Shown piece after piece: positions 50,713-63,102 of a stretch of DNA of 64,000 nucleotides. The stretch is from the NCBI GenBank assembly GCA_022813865.1, contig JALDZX010000024.1, positions 1-64,000 of the forward strand, written 5' to 3'. Both the position numbers and the translations under genes were made by a program. The stretch comes from Xylographa opegraphella. Taxonomy: Eukaryota. The notes below the pieces were generated by a model. The model was not told the DNA's origin and did no database searches. It saw only the letters and a list, made by a program, of their open reading frames with translations. Each line of letters begins with the position of its first letter. Within the stretch, counting starts at the first letter, position 1.

Positions 50713-51210
50713 TCACACCCCACAAAAGTCATCAAAGTGCGCAAAATCACTCGTCCCGTCCTCCTCGAGCTGATCCTGCATCATATACAGCCGATAGAAG
50801 CTACACAGCTTGTACGTGGCCGCGTACGAGACCGCCTTGCAGGTAGCGTTGCGGCGGCAAGCCAGGACGCAGTCGTGCTTGGAGACCGGCGCCGGCGGGT
50901 AGACGTCGTTGTAGTGGTCGCCCGGCTCGGCGGTGTAGCCCGGGGTGCCGCAGACGGGGAAAGCGGTGACGTAGGCTGTTGAACTGGTTAGGGCCAAGGG
51001 ACGAATGATGGGGATTGGTGTGGTAGAGCTGTGAAAAAATTGGGGGGGGGGCAAGGGATGGAAGTGCGTACGGTAGGCCGAAGTGGATGTTGTTGCGGCA
51101 GAGGTAGAGGTACATGTGGAGATTTTGGTGTGGGCTGGGCTGGCGGTGGTTAGGGAGAGTAGGATCGGTAGAAGTAGAAACGACGCAGGAGTGCTAAGGA
51201 TTGACAACAT
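50713..51210 (-). CDS. Small secreted protein with one Apple/PAN-like 6-Cys domain
   Basis: Signal peptide MLSILSTPASFLLLPILLSLTTA; probable in-frame intron 50976-51071; FPVCGTPGY..C...C..NATC.AVSY..C.FY..FDDFC. Confidence 0.75.
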   Translation of the reverse strand: MLSILSTPASFLLLPILLSLTTASPAHTKISTCTSTSAATTSTSAYRTHFHPLPPPQFFHSSTTPIPIIRPLALTSSTAYVTAFPVCGTPGYTAEPGDHYNDVYPPAPVSKHDCVLACRRNATCKAVSYAATYKLCSFYRLYMMQDQLEEDGTSDFAHFDDFCGV

Positions 51211-51488
51211 TGAATCAGATGTATACGAGGACAGATGGAACATCAGAAATCTCGAGCATGTTCAATACTTTATCTATTTCCAGTCTGCAGCGAATCCAGC
51301 TCGATGTGATACAAAGTGGTACAAATCTGTGGCGTGAGCAGAAGCTAATGCGCAGCCAGAGATGCAGAAACAAAGGAAGCGAGATCCCGCCCTTACATCA
51401 TGCGGAACTTGTGGTACATCAACTTCGAGTCGCTTCTGTAACCTGTAATCTGATGTTGTGCAGCCTGCAATCAGACCTTGATTTACAA

Positions 51489-52770
51489 TCAAATCTGACA
51501 GACTTCGTCGTAGAAACACCATAAGCTATTCTTGTCCTCCCACACCTGATCGTACTCGACATGTCTCCTATAGAAGTAGCACGATTCGCCATGGGTATCC
51601 TTATAAGCGACAGCATGGCAGGTGATATTCGTACGGCAGCCTTGCAGACATTCAGAGCGTGTGGTCGAACCGGCATAGTCGAGAATCGGCTGTTGATAGC
51701 TGTAGCCGGGGATTTCGCATAGAGGGTAGCCTGTTGCGTCTGACGATGAAGTGGTCAGTCGAAAGTTCCACAGCACGCAAAACGTCTTTGCCGAGCAGAA
51801 ACGCGGCGAGAAGAAGACTTACAACTGATTTTAGGGCTCTCAGATGTGGCAGCAGGTGGCGAAGTAGCGACCGTTACGGTGGATGTCAAAGTAAGGGCGA
51901 GCTTCTCTCCACAGACTTCATCATAAAACTTGAGAGAAGTCTCATTGCCGCTGGCTACGTCAAGAAACTGGACTGCCTTCGAATAGAATGTGCAGCTGTT
52001 AGGTTCGGACTCAAAGGAAATGGCTCGGCAATGTGGATTTTTGCGGCAAGAGTCAATGCAGTGGGGTTGAGAGAAGCCAGAGACAATCCCAAGGATCAGA
52101 GCGAGGTCTTCACTTTGAGAAACGTATCCGGAAAGACCACAGACAGGGTAGCCGCTGACATCTAGTAGAAATTAGTTAGCCATGAAGGGAACGTGCAATG
52201 CTGTAAATTTAGTCGAAGGCAAGATTGAGCATACAATGGGGAACATTAGGTGCAGTAGTGAGTAAAGTAGTGGAAGTCACAGTAGAGCTTATATTGATCG
52301 GTATCGTAGAGGAATTCGGAATCAAGCACACTCCATCCCAATAGTAGTACTGGCTAAGATCGGACTGTTGAAACTCATCGTTATGCAGATAGTCCGACAG
52401 AAAGATACAAAACCTTGCAGGTGTTCCAAAGCCGACAGCTTTACAAGTACTGTTGGCAATACAGTCGGCGATACAGGCATCCGGATTGTCGGGACTTGAG
52501 GCGTAGTCAAGCCCGAGGAAATTAGTGTTGTAAACACCAAGGATTCCACATATAGGAAAATCGGTCATGTCTAGGACATAAGTTCGTTGAATGAGATTGG
52601 CATGATATATGTATACTGGGTGATTTTGCAAGAGTCAAAGTGTCTAACAGGTAGGGAGAAAAGATGGCAATTCAAAGATACTTACATGCAGACACAGCGC
52701 TAGTTGTCGCAGCTGGTACGGCGAAGGCGAATGGTAGGCAACCAAGGACGAAAAGGAAAGCGGAATACAT
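51489..52770 (-). CDS. Secreted protein (336 aa) with three tandem Apple/PAN-like domains
   Basis: Exons 52686-52770 (signal MYSAFLFVLGCLPFAFA), 52235-52570, 51823-52161, 51489-51739; GT-AG phase-1 introns; each of the last three exons carries the same 6-Cys pattern. Confidence 0.8.
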
Positions 52771-55700
52771 GATGACAAGTTGTAGAGGCTCTTTCAAAGT
52801 CTAGACCTAGGAGTGGAGGTCACTTGTGATTTGCTGTCAAAAGAGTGTGGAGGTAAAGACCGATGGTTGTTTCAAAAGAAGGTGGTGAAGAAGAGAATGA
52901 AGAGAACTGCTGGATGAGGATTTAAGCACAAGCTCTCGCTAAGCGGATCTGTTGGGAGATTGCGGGTAGCCCTAAAATGAGCCCATTTCGTGTGAAGGAA
53001 ATGGAAAGAACGACACTCAACACACGCCCACTCCGTTGACGGGTCATAGACAGCGGTGTTATCTACATCACTAATATCCATACTAACGGGTGTGATTCGG
53101 TCGTTAAGCGGAGTGATTTCAGCACTTCGAGACTCGATGGAGTGTTTGTAAGAAGTTGTGATCAAGTGTCGGCATAGAAGCCCCTAGCCCTAGTGCCAAG
53201 ACTAGGTCCTAAGCGAAACAAATAAGTCAATGTTTGGAGTTTTTCAGAAGCATATCGCGCGCCTTGTGCATGACTAGGCTCCAGTGTACGTGACAGAATA
53301 TAGGTTCCGATCGGCTCGGCAAGAGAGCTCATGATCATGGCTCCATATGAACCCAACCATCCCTCTGGAACCAAGACAGTTTGAAGAGACTGAACACGTC
53401 TTGTACAATACGTCACTGGAATGACAGTAGTAGACTGAACCACAAAGTTGGTCATAGACCACCTTTTGACTGCTGCTCATAATATAAAGTAATGTTTATC
53501 ACGTACAACCAAAATCTTGAAGGTACTCCTCTAGGGATAGCGCGCGATTCTCTAGATGCAATCTCTTTCTTAGCAAGCGAAGCAATTTCTGGCCCGATCT
53601 GTCTTATCAGACCTCTTGCAAACCCGTGATCTCCAGCTGCTACACAACTCATGCTTATGGTCATGTCGATATGTTCTCGCTCATTCCAACCAATAGTCTA
53701 TTGTGGAAAATTGTCCAAGGCGTGCCAGCCATGTGGAAAAAGAAACTACCCTGCAGCCTTTGGAAGGATGGCTGTAGCCAATGCAGTCAAGGAAAATTTG
53801 ACCGCTCTGCTTAGGATATCGTGACACGGAACCACTGAGTATCAGGAATCAACCTCAGGCTGTTCACTGAAAGGCCCACGCACACAATGCTTCTAGAAGA
53901 CTACTGCGTTGTCTCGCGATCTCCGTTGGCAGCTAAGTCGAGGACATTTCTGACTATAATTACGTTATCCGTACCAAAAAGTCATTTACATTTGTACAAG
54001 AATCCTACTTGCAAACTTCCCTAGATGGCTATATTGGTAGGAGAATACTACCTTACGTAGTAGACGCCGTTGGTTGCGCCTACTCTAACTATCAGCAATA
54101 CTCACTAGGCGTCAACTGGTAATTGGTGGAACAGTGTATAGGCTCTCAGCTTTACTAGCTCTGCTATTTCAAGATCCGGATTATGTTACGAATGGTTCCG
54201 CCATCCTCGCCATCCTGCTACTTGACCTATACGAAAATTACGAACATGGAGTTCAAGTTTGAAGGAGCATGGGCACCGCATTTGAGCCACCTCTTGACTA
54301 CGGTTATCCTTCGTAGAGACCAGCAGTTCGGAGACCCCAGCGCTCATGGTATATTGATGCGTTCGAGCACAAACCTGCTCATCAGCGGATCCAACATGGC
54401 AGGAACCAACCTTATGATTGAATGTGCTAATTTATAGCGAGACATCTAAAACTGTGTTTTATTTGAGGACGTGGCTCTGCCCTCTATCGCGGATCTCGAT
54501 GCCAAGTTCCTGAAGCTCTCCTTGGATGCTCCGCCTGCATGGTAGTATGATATAGTATAATGTGACGAAAAGGCATCTCATCATTACGAGTTGTACCACC
54601 ATGTTACCCAGCTGGACACATGGCGAAGATATAGAACGCACTTCGACTGTGAAAATGCAGCGACTGTTGCAAGGGTTTTCCGAGTCAGGAGGGAAAATCC
54701 TTGAGAGGTGTACTCCATGATTGGGGGTTATGTCTTTGTGTGTCGGATACTTCTTGGAAATTGGTCCGCTAAGCTGAGTGACGACCATAGTTTGATTGAA
54801 TGGTCGCTACTTTCTGCAGCTCATCTGTGATTCTATCGAGGCCAGATTCATGTTCTGATTAATTTGTATACCTCATAGGTATCAAGAAGGCGTTATGTTT
54901 TGTGGACCAATAATTTAAAAAGCCTGCACATCTGTTGATTGTCTCTCGCGTCCTCGGATGACAAGAGCACCTCGGGTTCGCAGGAGTCAACGCCTGCGAG
55001 GCTGAGGATGTATCATTCCTGCTCCACGAGTGACGTACAAAGCTGAACACTGCCGGTTGCGCCACCTATACAATGCTTGCAATCAATCCACCTCTTGATC
55101 GGTGATTTCCTCGACTGTGGGAACTGGAGAGAGGGTGAAGGTCAAACGTTGGCACGATGATGCTGTAGAATTGAGGCTCGGGAGAGCCTGGGTGGGTACT
55201 GAGCTGGAGCTGGGATGCCAGGAGAAGCTTTGAAGAGTGGCAAGGTAAGTTCGGGACAGTCAGATGGATATTCATCGCTGGTGGTTACACCTGGCGCTAA
55301 TATCGTACTTCTGGCAGCCACTCTCCGTAGCACCAGATGTTGCGTTTATTGTAGCATGGTGTTCTGGTATATGATTTTCCAGATAACGGAAATCATCCGC
55401 ACCGAGCGAATGACGGACATTAATCATGGCTAGGATTGCTGCTCACATCCCGAATCCGGATCTAAACTGGCCAAAAGTACCCCAATGAAGGTAGTATTCT
55501 TGCAGGAATCCACAGTATAAGCTTAGCATAGAGATGATGCGACAAATAACGAACGAGATGACCTTCGGGCCATCACAAAAATATAGGCCGCATTGTGCTA
55601 AGAGCAATGCAGACCTGCAGATTGTATCAAGCAGTGATGAGACTCTTGCCGAGCTCGCGACAAGATACACAACCGATATCTCTCTCGGTCCAGGTGAAAA

Positions 55701-55962
55701 GGATGTGCTGCAGCACCTATGATGACTGATGATTGGAGTCGTTGGACTGTGTGGCGCAAGAGCGAGGTGAGGCTGAAACCTCGCGATCTGCCCGAAAGGG
55801 TAAGCGCCTTCGGTATACTAGGACTATCCTACACCGGGGTAAGAATACGTACCAATCATTAGACATTCCACCACTGCGGAAGCCAGTATACTACATCAGT
55901 ATCGAACAACATACGAGCCATTGAGCTACTCAATGCGCCTCCAATCCTACAGATAGTCGACA

Positions 55963-57400
55963 ATGTCCAAAGGCACCAAGTATCTCCTCGTTTCGCTCCC
56001 TACTTCGATATCGCCCTCCAACGACCATGATGAAGCTCTCACAGCTCTCCGCTCTGCCGTCACCACCGATTATGGCACTGTCACCCCCTTCCCCATACCC
56101 GAGTTCAAGATCGGGACCCTTGACGCCTTGGTCCAGCAGGCGGACGAGCTTGCAAAGCTAGAATCGTCGTGTGAAGCTGTGGTTGCCAAGGTGGGGGATT
56201 CGCTTAAGGCCATACTGGAGGGAGACGAGAGCAAGATCTCACAGCAGAAGACTGTCAATGATAGTGAGAATTGCTGGAGGAGTACAGCCTACGTGCCATG
56301 GCTAATGCGTTTCAGAGCCTGTCGACCAATATCTGAGGAGCTTCACATGGAACAAAGTCAAGTACCGGGCCGACAAGCCGCTCAGTGAGCTCATTGATAC
56401 ACTGCAGAAGGTACAATACGTTCACCAATGTACTACTTCAACTACTCCGACGCTCTACTGATGAGTCTTCGTATAGGAAGTCGTCAGCATTGACAACGAC
56501 GTGAAGCAAAAATACAACCAATACAACCAAGTCAAAACCAACCTCACCACACTCCAACGCAAGCAAACGTAGGTGTCCCACTCAATCCCATTGAAATTAG
56601 CTTATCCTGTTCTCCCTTACCACAGCGGCAATCTTGCCTCCAAGTCTCTCACAGCCATCGTCCCTCCCTCCCTGCTAATCCGCGACTCCGAATACCTCGA
56701 AACGCACCTCATCGCCGTGCCCTCTCAACAAAACTCCTCCTTCCCTAAAATCTACGAGACTGTCTCACCCTGGGTAGTACCACGCTCTGCGCAACGCATT
56801 GACGCCGACGACGAGTTCACGCTGTACGCTGTCACAACGTTCAAGAAGTACAGCCAAGAGTTCATCCACAAGTGCCGCGAGCAGAAATGGATCCCGCGAG
56901 ACTTCAAGTATAAAGAGGGCGGCCGGGAAGCAGAGGAGAAAGAGGTGGAGAAGGTGGCTAAAGAGGAGAAGAAGCTATGGGGGGAGGCGTTGAGGCTGGG
57001 CAGGACAGGGTGGAGTGAGGCGGTCATGGCGTGGGTGCATGTTCTGGCGCTAAGGGTCTTTGTCGAGACGGTACTTAGGTACGGGTTGCCGTTGGCGTTT
57101 GTGTGTGGGTTAGTAAAGGTTCGTGAACTGTGCCTCAGAGATACTTGCTGCAAGTCCTCTCAAACTTGGAGCATGATACTAATGCTTGCATACTAGACGA
57201 CTCCAAAGCTAGCGAAGAAGGCACGGAACTCGCTCGACCAGTCGTACTCCTACCTCGCAGGGAATGCTTTCGGGCGGGACAAGAAAGGGCGAATCACCAA
57301 AGACGACTCGTCGACGTCGGCGGACATGCAGGCTGCGGGGCAGATGGGTGACGGGGGCGACTACTCGGCTTACGTGTGCTACGACTTCGAGATCAACTGA
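55963..57400 (+). CDS. VMA5: V-type ATPase V1 subunit C
   Basis: IPEFKIGTLDAL, FTWNKVKY, DSEYLETHLIAVP, VVPRSA, LRVFVETVLRYGLP; four introns; ends YVCYDFEIN*. Confidence 0.96.
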
Positions 57401-57568
57401 AGGAAGAGTCTATTTGTACAGATTGACAAGGGGGACGAAGCTCTTGGCGGGGACACGCATCGTAGTGCTTGCGTACCAGTATAGTTGTAGCGCAGAGTTG
57501 TACATTGATATCGTCACCATAGAATGAACGAACAAGTCACAAGCCCGTCACCGCACATACTCCCGATA

Positions 57569-60245
57569 TCAAACGTTCCCCGCAAGCTCAATCACCTTCG
57601 CCGCCGCCTCCTCGAAATCATCAAACGCATACAACGGAAGCCCGCTCTCGGCAATCTAAAAGCCCCCACCCCAACCCAACCGTCAGCACACTTTCCACAA
57701 CCCCTCCCCCTACAGCCAGCCAGCCAGCCGTAAGGGCAAAGAGAAAAAAAACTCCAAAAGGGGGGGCAAACGCGTACATACCAAAGCCTGCCCCAGCCGC
57801 TCATTCGTGCCCCTCAACCGCACCACCACCGGCAAGCGGACAGCCAGGTCGGTGTACGCGAGCACGATACCCTCGGCGATCATGTCGCAGCGCGTCAGGC
57901 CGCCGAAGATGTTGACGAACACGCTTGTCACGCGCGCGTCGTGCAGGATGGTGCGGAAGGCGGCTTTGACACTCTCGCGCGTCGCTTTGCCGCCCGTGTC
58001 GAGGAAGTTGGTGCAGTGCCCGCCGCGCTGCGTTAGGGCGTCGATGGTGTTCATGGCGAGGCCGGCGCCGTTGACTGGGGGGGTTAGTTAGCGGTTGGGA
58101 TGGTGGGGGGGGGAGGGGGAAGGGGGGTACCGAGGGTGCCGATGGTGCCGTTGCCGGGGAGTCTGTGGTGGTTTGTGTTAGTGGGGGGGTTGTGGTGGGA
58201 GGGTTTGGTGGGATCAGATGGAGATGGTGGAGGAGGTACTTGATGTAGACGATGCCGTCCTGCTCGGCTTCCACCTCCGCTGGGATCTCGTCCTCGACGG
58301 TTCGTAGCTCTTGGATGTCTTTGTGGCGGCCGGCGCTTCGGTAGGCTGCGTCGTCGAAGAAGAGGATGGCGCTGTGGACTGTGAAATGTTGGGAAGGGTG
58401 TGGGATAATCTGAAGTGTGAAGGAGGAAGCCTCCTTTTCAATGAAGAAGCGAATCAGGGATTCGATGGTAGAGTGAAAGTTGTCTTGAGCATCCGACGGC
58501 AGTTGAAGATCGTTGTATAGTGTATGTATATCGTTTATCATTGATTGAGAGGAGTCGGACACGCTGAAATATAGAGCCCCTCTGCATTCGCGTTCATTCT
58601 TAACTGGGGAGGTTCTGACCGTTTTTAGCCGTAGCTGATGGCTCGTTCTATCCACATCAATGACAGTCGCGAGCTGCTCCTTGGTGCTGTTAAAGTCCGG
58701 AGATACTGAAATACCAGCGTTACTGAGTAAGTTCAGCGCTTTGAGTCCTTTGAAAGAGATCGTTCGTCTTTCGTCGCGTACAGGCTGGTCGATTGTATGC
58801 CGTGGTCTTCTGGCGTAGCTATGTAATGACCTTTTCTGGGAGTGGGCTTGTTGGCTCTGATAGACTCTGTGTGGATTATCTTGCCAGGCATGTGTGCCAA
58901 ATTTTTCGCTATTATGAGTATCTGGAGCATCTAGATTGTTATGCCTGGTACCCAACGATGACCTTGTCGTGAGTAGTTCCTTCATAACTGTACCAAATTT
59001 GGCCGGATGGTCCGCCATCACCACTCCTGCATCTTCTAGTAATCGTATCTTCTCGGCCGCCTTTTCCTCCTCTCGTACAGCAAACGCACCTGCATGTCCC
59101 ATCACACGTCCGGGAACAGCAAGAATGCCAGTCACTAAGCCCATGATGGGCCTAGGGCAACTATCAGTTTGCATAATCTGTTAAACAACATTGTTGCCTA
59201 CTTTGGACTCATGTTTCGTTTGCGGTACTGCTTCACCCATTCGGCGGCCTGCGCTTCTGCGAATCCTCCGACTTCTCCCACAATGATGATTCCTTTCGTT
59301 GCTTCGTCATGCTCAAAAACATCCAGAGCATCGACGAAATTTGTGCCTGGAAGAACGTCCCCTCCTATTCCTATCACGAGACTTTGACCAATCCCAGCTC
59401 GGGTTGTGGACGCCACAGTTTCGTAGCTTAATGTACCTGACTTGGCAACAATACCAACACTGCCGGCAGTGAAGAAAGGTATCGGGGGAAATCCTATACG
59501 GCATCTGCCAATAGGAGAAATCATCCCTGGAGCATTAGGACCGACAAGGCGTGTTTTTGCCTGTGTTCTAAGGATCGAGTGAACCTATAGGTCAGCATCA
59601 ATCACGTCACCTGATACAGAGACCCCAAGACGCACTCTGAGCATATCATGGAGGGGTATGTGTTCCGCAACAGCAACAACTAGAGGTATCTGTGCTTCTA
59701 TAGCTTCTTCAATGGCCCCTGCTGCTTGACCTGCAGCAACGTAGACAGCAGTAGCATCTGGCTTCAGTTGTTCCATGGCCTGGTATATGATGTTTAGCCC
59801 TATTCATGGACGAACTATCATTCCCAGAAAGTATGTCAGTCGTGGTGGCGACTCACAGCACGCATTGACGGCAAGACTGGCAGGCTGAGATGTTCCCCTG
59901 TCTGCCCTGGCTTGATGCCTCCCACAACTTTGGTGCCATATTCTAGAGATTGTTTGGCATCAATTGTGGCCTACGCAGAAGTTACCTGGAGACATGCGAG
60001 CATATTCAGCTGCTGCTACTATTGCATACCTGCTTTCCGGTGAACCCTTGGAAGATCACGCGAGTATGAGCACCAATCTTGAGATTTGATATGGTAGCCT
60101 TGTATTTCGGTCCTAGCTCACGATCAAGACCAGGATCATATGCAGTAGAAGACACAGAACGAAATGCAGATTGGCAACGCGAATAACAAATTTTGCGTGT
60201 AAATCGCAAGAGCACATACGCCATTGGCTTCTGTCGACGTATCAT
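57569..60245 (-). CDS. Fused succinyl-CoA-ligase-like protein (alpha subunit + partial beta subunit)
   Basis: Alpha motifs [46 protein letters not shown] (phospho-His), then in the same frame beta motifs [59 protein letters not shown]; multiple introns. Confidence 0.88.
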
Positions 60246-60656
60246 CGTCACAACTAGGTATAGCCCATACAGCTCGCCTCTTACAACATGTCTACGAATT
60301 GAAACAGCTTTCCAGGACTTGAGAGAACAGAATCTTGGTTACAGGAACATCAGAAAGCAAGGCCCGGCAATATCGGGCCAGGCTTTTGCCCCGGCGATGG
60401 CGCGTTTCGGTGAAACCTGGGGAAGTTCAAACGGCATCAGCCCGAAACGTGGGGTCGCAACATATGCGATCCGTGCTGCTTTTGCACATCTGGCTTCCAA
60501 CCAAGCTTATATCTGACGCACCATATATCTGCCTGCATGTACTGTCTCTTTTACAGCATAGTCTACCCGCGACTCTCATTCATGCATCTGTGAGATTTCT
60601 TGCAACCATACCGGCGTGATATTCTCTTTCAAAGGCATACCCCTCCATTTTTCACC

Positions 60657-61240
60657 ATGAGCGTTGCAGATCGAAGACGGCAAGGTAATTACAAGACGAA
60701 CCTCTGGTCATGCTGCCGCTCAGGATAGTAATAGCCACAGATATCGAGTCTTCCCTCAACGAGCTCTCCCTCTCGTCCTCTTCCCACAAGCCCCGCAAGG
60801 CAGTCCCCAAGCAACAAGCCTCCACCATTGCGGATTCCTGGGAAGAAGACCTGTCCTCCGACACCGAGAGCGAGATCTCTCCCCGGCAGTATGGCAACGA
60901 CTTCCCCAGCGCCCCGCCGCCGACGCCTATGTCTCCCACCTCTACCTCCGCTCGTGGCGGGTGGGCAGAATTCGAGAGCCCATACTCTCCAGGTCGAGGT
61001 AGTGATGGCGGCTTGAGCCCTATGAGGGGGAACTTCCGACCGGAGAAGCAGACTGCCGTGGCTGGGAGAATGATTGCGGGCGCTTTGGGGGTCAGAGCGC
61101 CTAAGAAGACCGAGGAGCAGCGGCAGTATGAGAAGGCGATGAAGGAGAAGGAGCTGAAGAGGAGAGAGACGGAGAGGGAAACGAAGAGAAGGGAGGAGGC
61201 GAGTGCGGAGAAGGCGAAGGCTGCGATTTGGGATGCTTGA
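60657..61240 (+). CDS. SUZ-C motif-like conserved fungal protein
   Basis: Exon 60657-60684, intron 60685-60740; IADSWEE, RPEKQTAVAGRMIAGALGVRAPK and a charged coiled-coil ending AAIWDA. Confidence 0.75.
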
Positions 61241-61712
61241 TTTTGGGGTTGCTTGGTTTGATTCTCTCGATGTCTATGGACATGGGTTTTGATTTGCAGT
61301 ATCTGCTAAGGGGTCACATCATTGGTGTATGGTACATTTCCAACAAGGTTGGCACATGGTATCCCAGGCGTCGATTGAATTATACTGCTGTTCGTCTGTT
61401 AATCTCGCTCCTAGGGATGAATCACTTTGATCAATACATGGAACTAAGTTTGTTTTATATGACTTGTCTGTGCAATACATATTCACCGCATGGGAGTTAT
61501 TGTTGAAAGCGGTCCTCGTGAAACGCACCTGCGAGTGTTATCATCATTAAGACGCCAGATGCGCCTCAAAAACGAGGCCTAGGCTCTCCTTGTATCTCGA
61601 CCAAGCCGAAGAATTTCCGCGCAATAAAGAAAATCTAGACGTGTGACCATGACCATGCCGCCCTCCACCTATGATATTCAAGATGATGTTTGTGCTATGA
61701 CTGTTTGTGCAC

Positions 61713-62102
61713 TCACGACCCTCCAATCTGCTCCTGATGAACCTCGAGTGTATCGCCATCCTGCATATCCAGCTAATGGAATAGAAACATTAGCTTTTGT
61801 CATTGATACAGTGACAAGGATCTGATAGTGAAGCACATGTGATCAGCAGATCTGTTTCGACTTACCGAGTCAGGGCTATCAGTGGGTGATACCCGGGTGC
61901 CATCGAACAAAAAGCGGACAGTGCTGGGCATCTTGCCCTGCCGGTCGCAGAAGGCATCCATGAGCTTCTTGAGTGCCGTTGTACGCTTGATCTTAAAAAA
62001 CACCTCGTTGTTGTTGTCGGTCACTTTGATATTGAGATGTTCAGACTGGGCCTGCTCCTCAGGCTTGTTCACCACGCTAGGTGACTGCTCTTGCTCGGAC
62101 AT
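61713..62102 (-). CDS. SMT3: SUMO
   Basis: EHLNIKV, EVFFKIKRTTALKKLMDAFC, RFLFDG; intron 61773-61865; LDMQDGDTLEVHQEQIGG-S* di-glycine end. Confidence 0.97.
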
Positions 62103-62616
62103 GATAGTTCTGGTCAAGGAAAGGTCACGGCCGGGACAATAGAGATCGCTGGGGGCAACGTCGGTGAACTACGCAGGATTGTGCTAACCGGAAGGCTGAA
62201 CTGATCACAAATCAGTATGGCAATAGTATCATAACATGGAGTACAACGCCTAGCATACGGTAATCTGAGATGTGTCGCGTCTGATACCAAAGTGGTTGAT
62301 GTTGTTGGAGTTGCAGTAAGAGGATGAGCAAAGAAGAGGGTGACAATGTACCATGGAAGAGGAAAGAAACGCTGGTGTGTGAATGGCGAGGAGTGACGCT
62401 GCCCCGCTGCGGACCAATCAAAACAAGCGAGGCGGCGGATATCTTCACTGTCAACACGCAGCTTTCCATGACGTGCAGCCGGTAGAAAAGTGAAGAATCT
62501 TGGACAATTTTAGCAATGTATGATGGTTTCTAGTTGCGCCTTTGAGGTCGTTGCATACTCCGTACTGACCACTGATCTACCCATAGTAGATTTAAAAGTG
62601 GAAAACAAAGTATACT

Positions 62617-62673
62617 TGCATTGGAACTCTACAGGCAGCTTCTCGTGCATTGGAACTCTATAGGCAGCTTCTC
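62617..62673 (+). repeat. Two-copy 29-bp tandem duplication just upstream of CMC4
   Basis: tgcattggaactcta(c/t)aggcagcttctc at 62617-62644 and 62646-62673. Confidence 0.85.
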
Positions 62674-62693
62674 AAACATCCTTGAGAAGAGCA

Positions 62694-63102
62694 ATGGTTG
62701 GACTACATATCGCTGTTTGAGAGCACCTGGCTAAGATATATTGGTAGGGGGCGCAAGACGCAGTAAAATCGGATCCTCCATGCCATGCTCTGGCTGTGAG
62801 TCATTCCCGTTCTCGACCCATACCATCACTCACTGAACTACGTAGTGCGCCATTCAAGGTATGAGTAGGGTGACTTTGGTATTGCGATGTACTGCAGTAA
62901 CTATACGTTCAGACGCTCATGCCTCTTAGATTGCCTGGCCAAAAACTCGTATAAAGAAGAAAAATGCAAGGCACGTGTAGATGCACTTTACGCATGCTGC
63001 AAACTATTCTATGAGCAGCAGGGCGACGACGCAAAGACCGTGAGCTGTCCGAAAGCCAGCTTACTGCGTCTCAAATTGAAGCAGCGCGCACAGGGAATAT
63101 GA
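62694..63102 (+). CDS. CMC4: Mitochondrial twin Cx9C protein Cmc4
   Basis: ATG-only first exon and micro-exons give M-GAQDAVKSDPPCHALA-CAIQ-DCLAKNSYKEEKC..VDALYACC..FY..TVSCP..LLRLKL. Confidence 0.85.
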
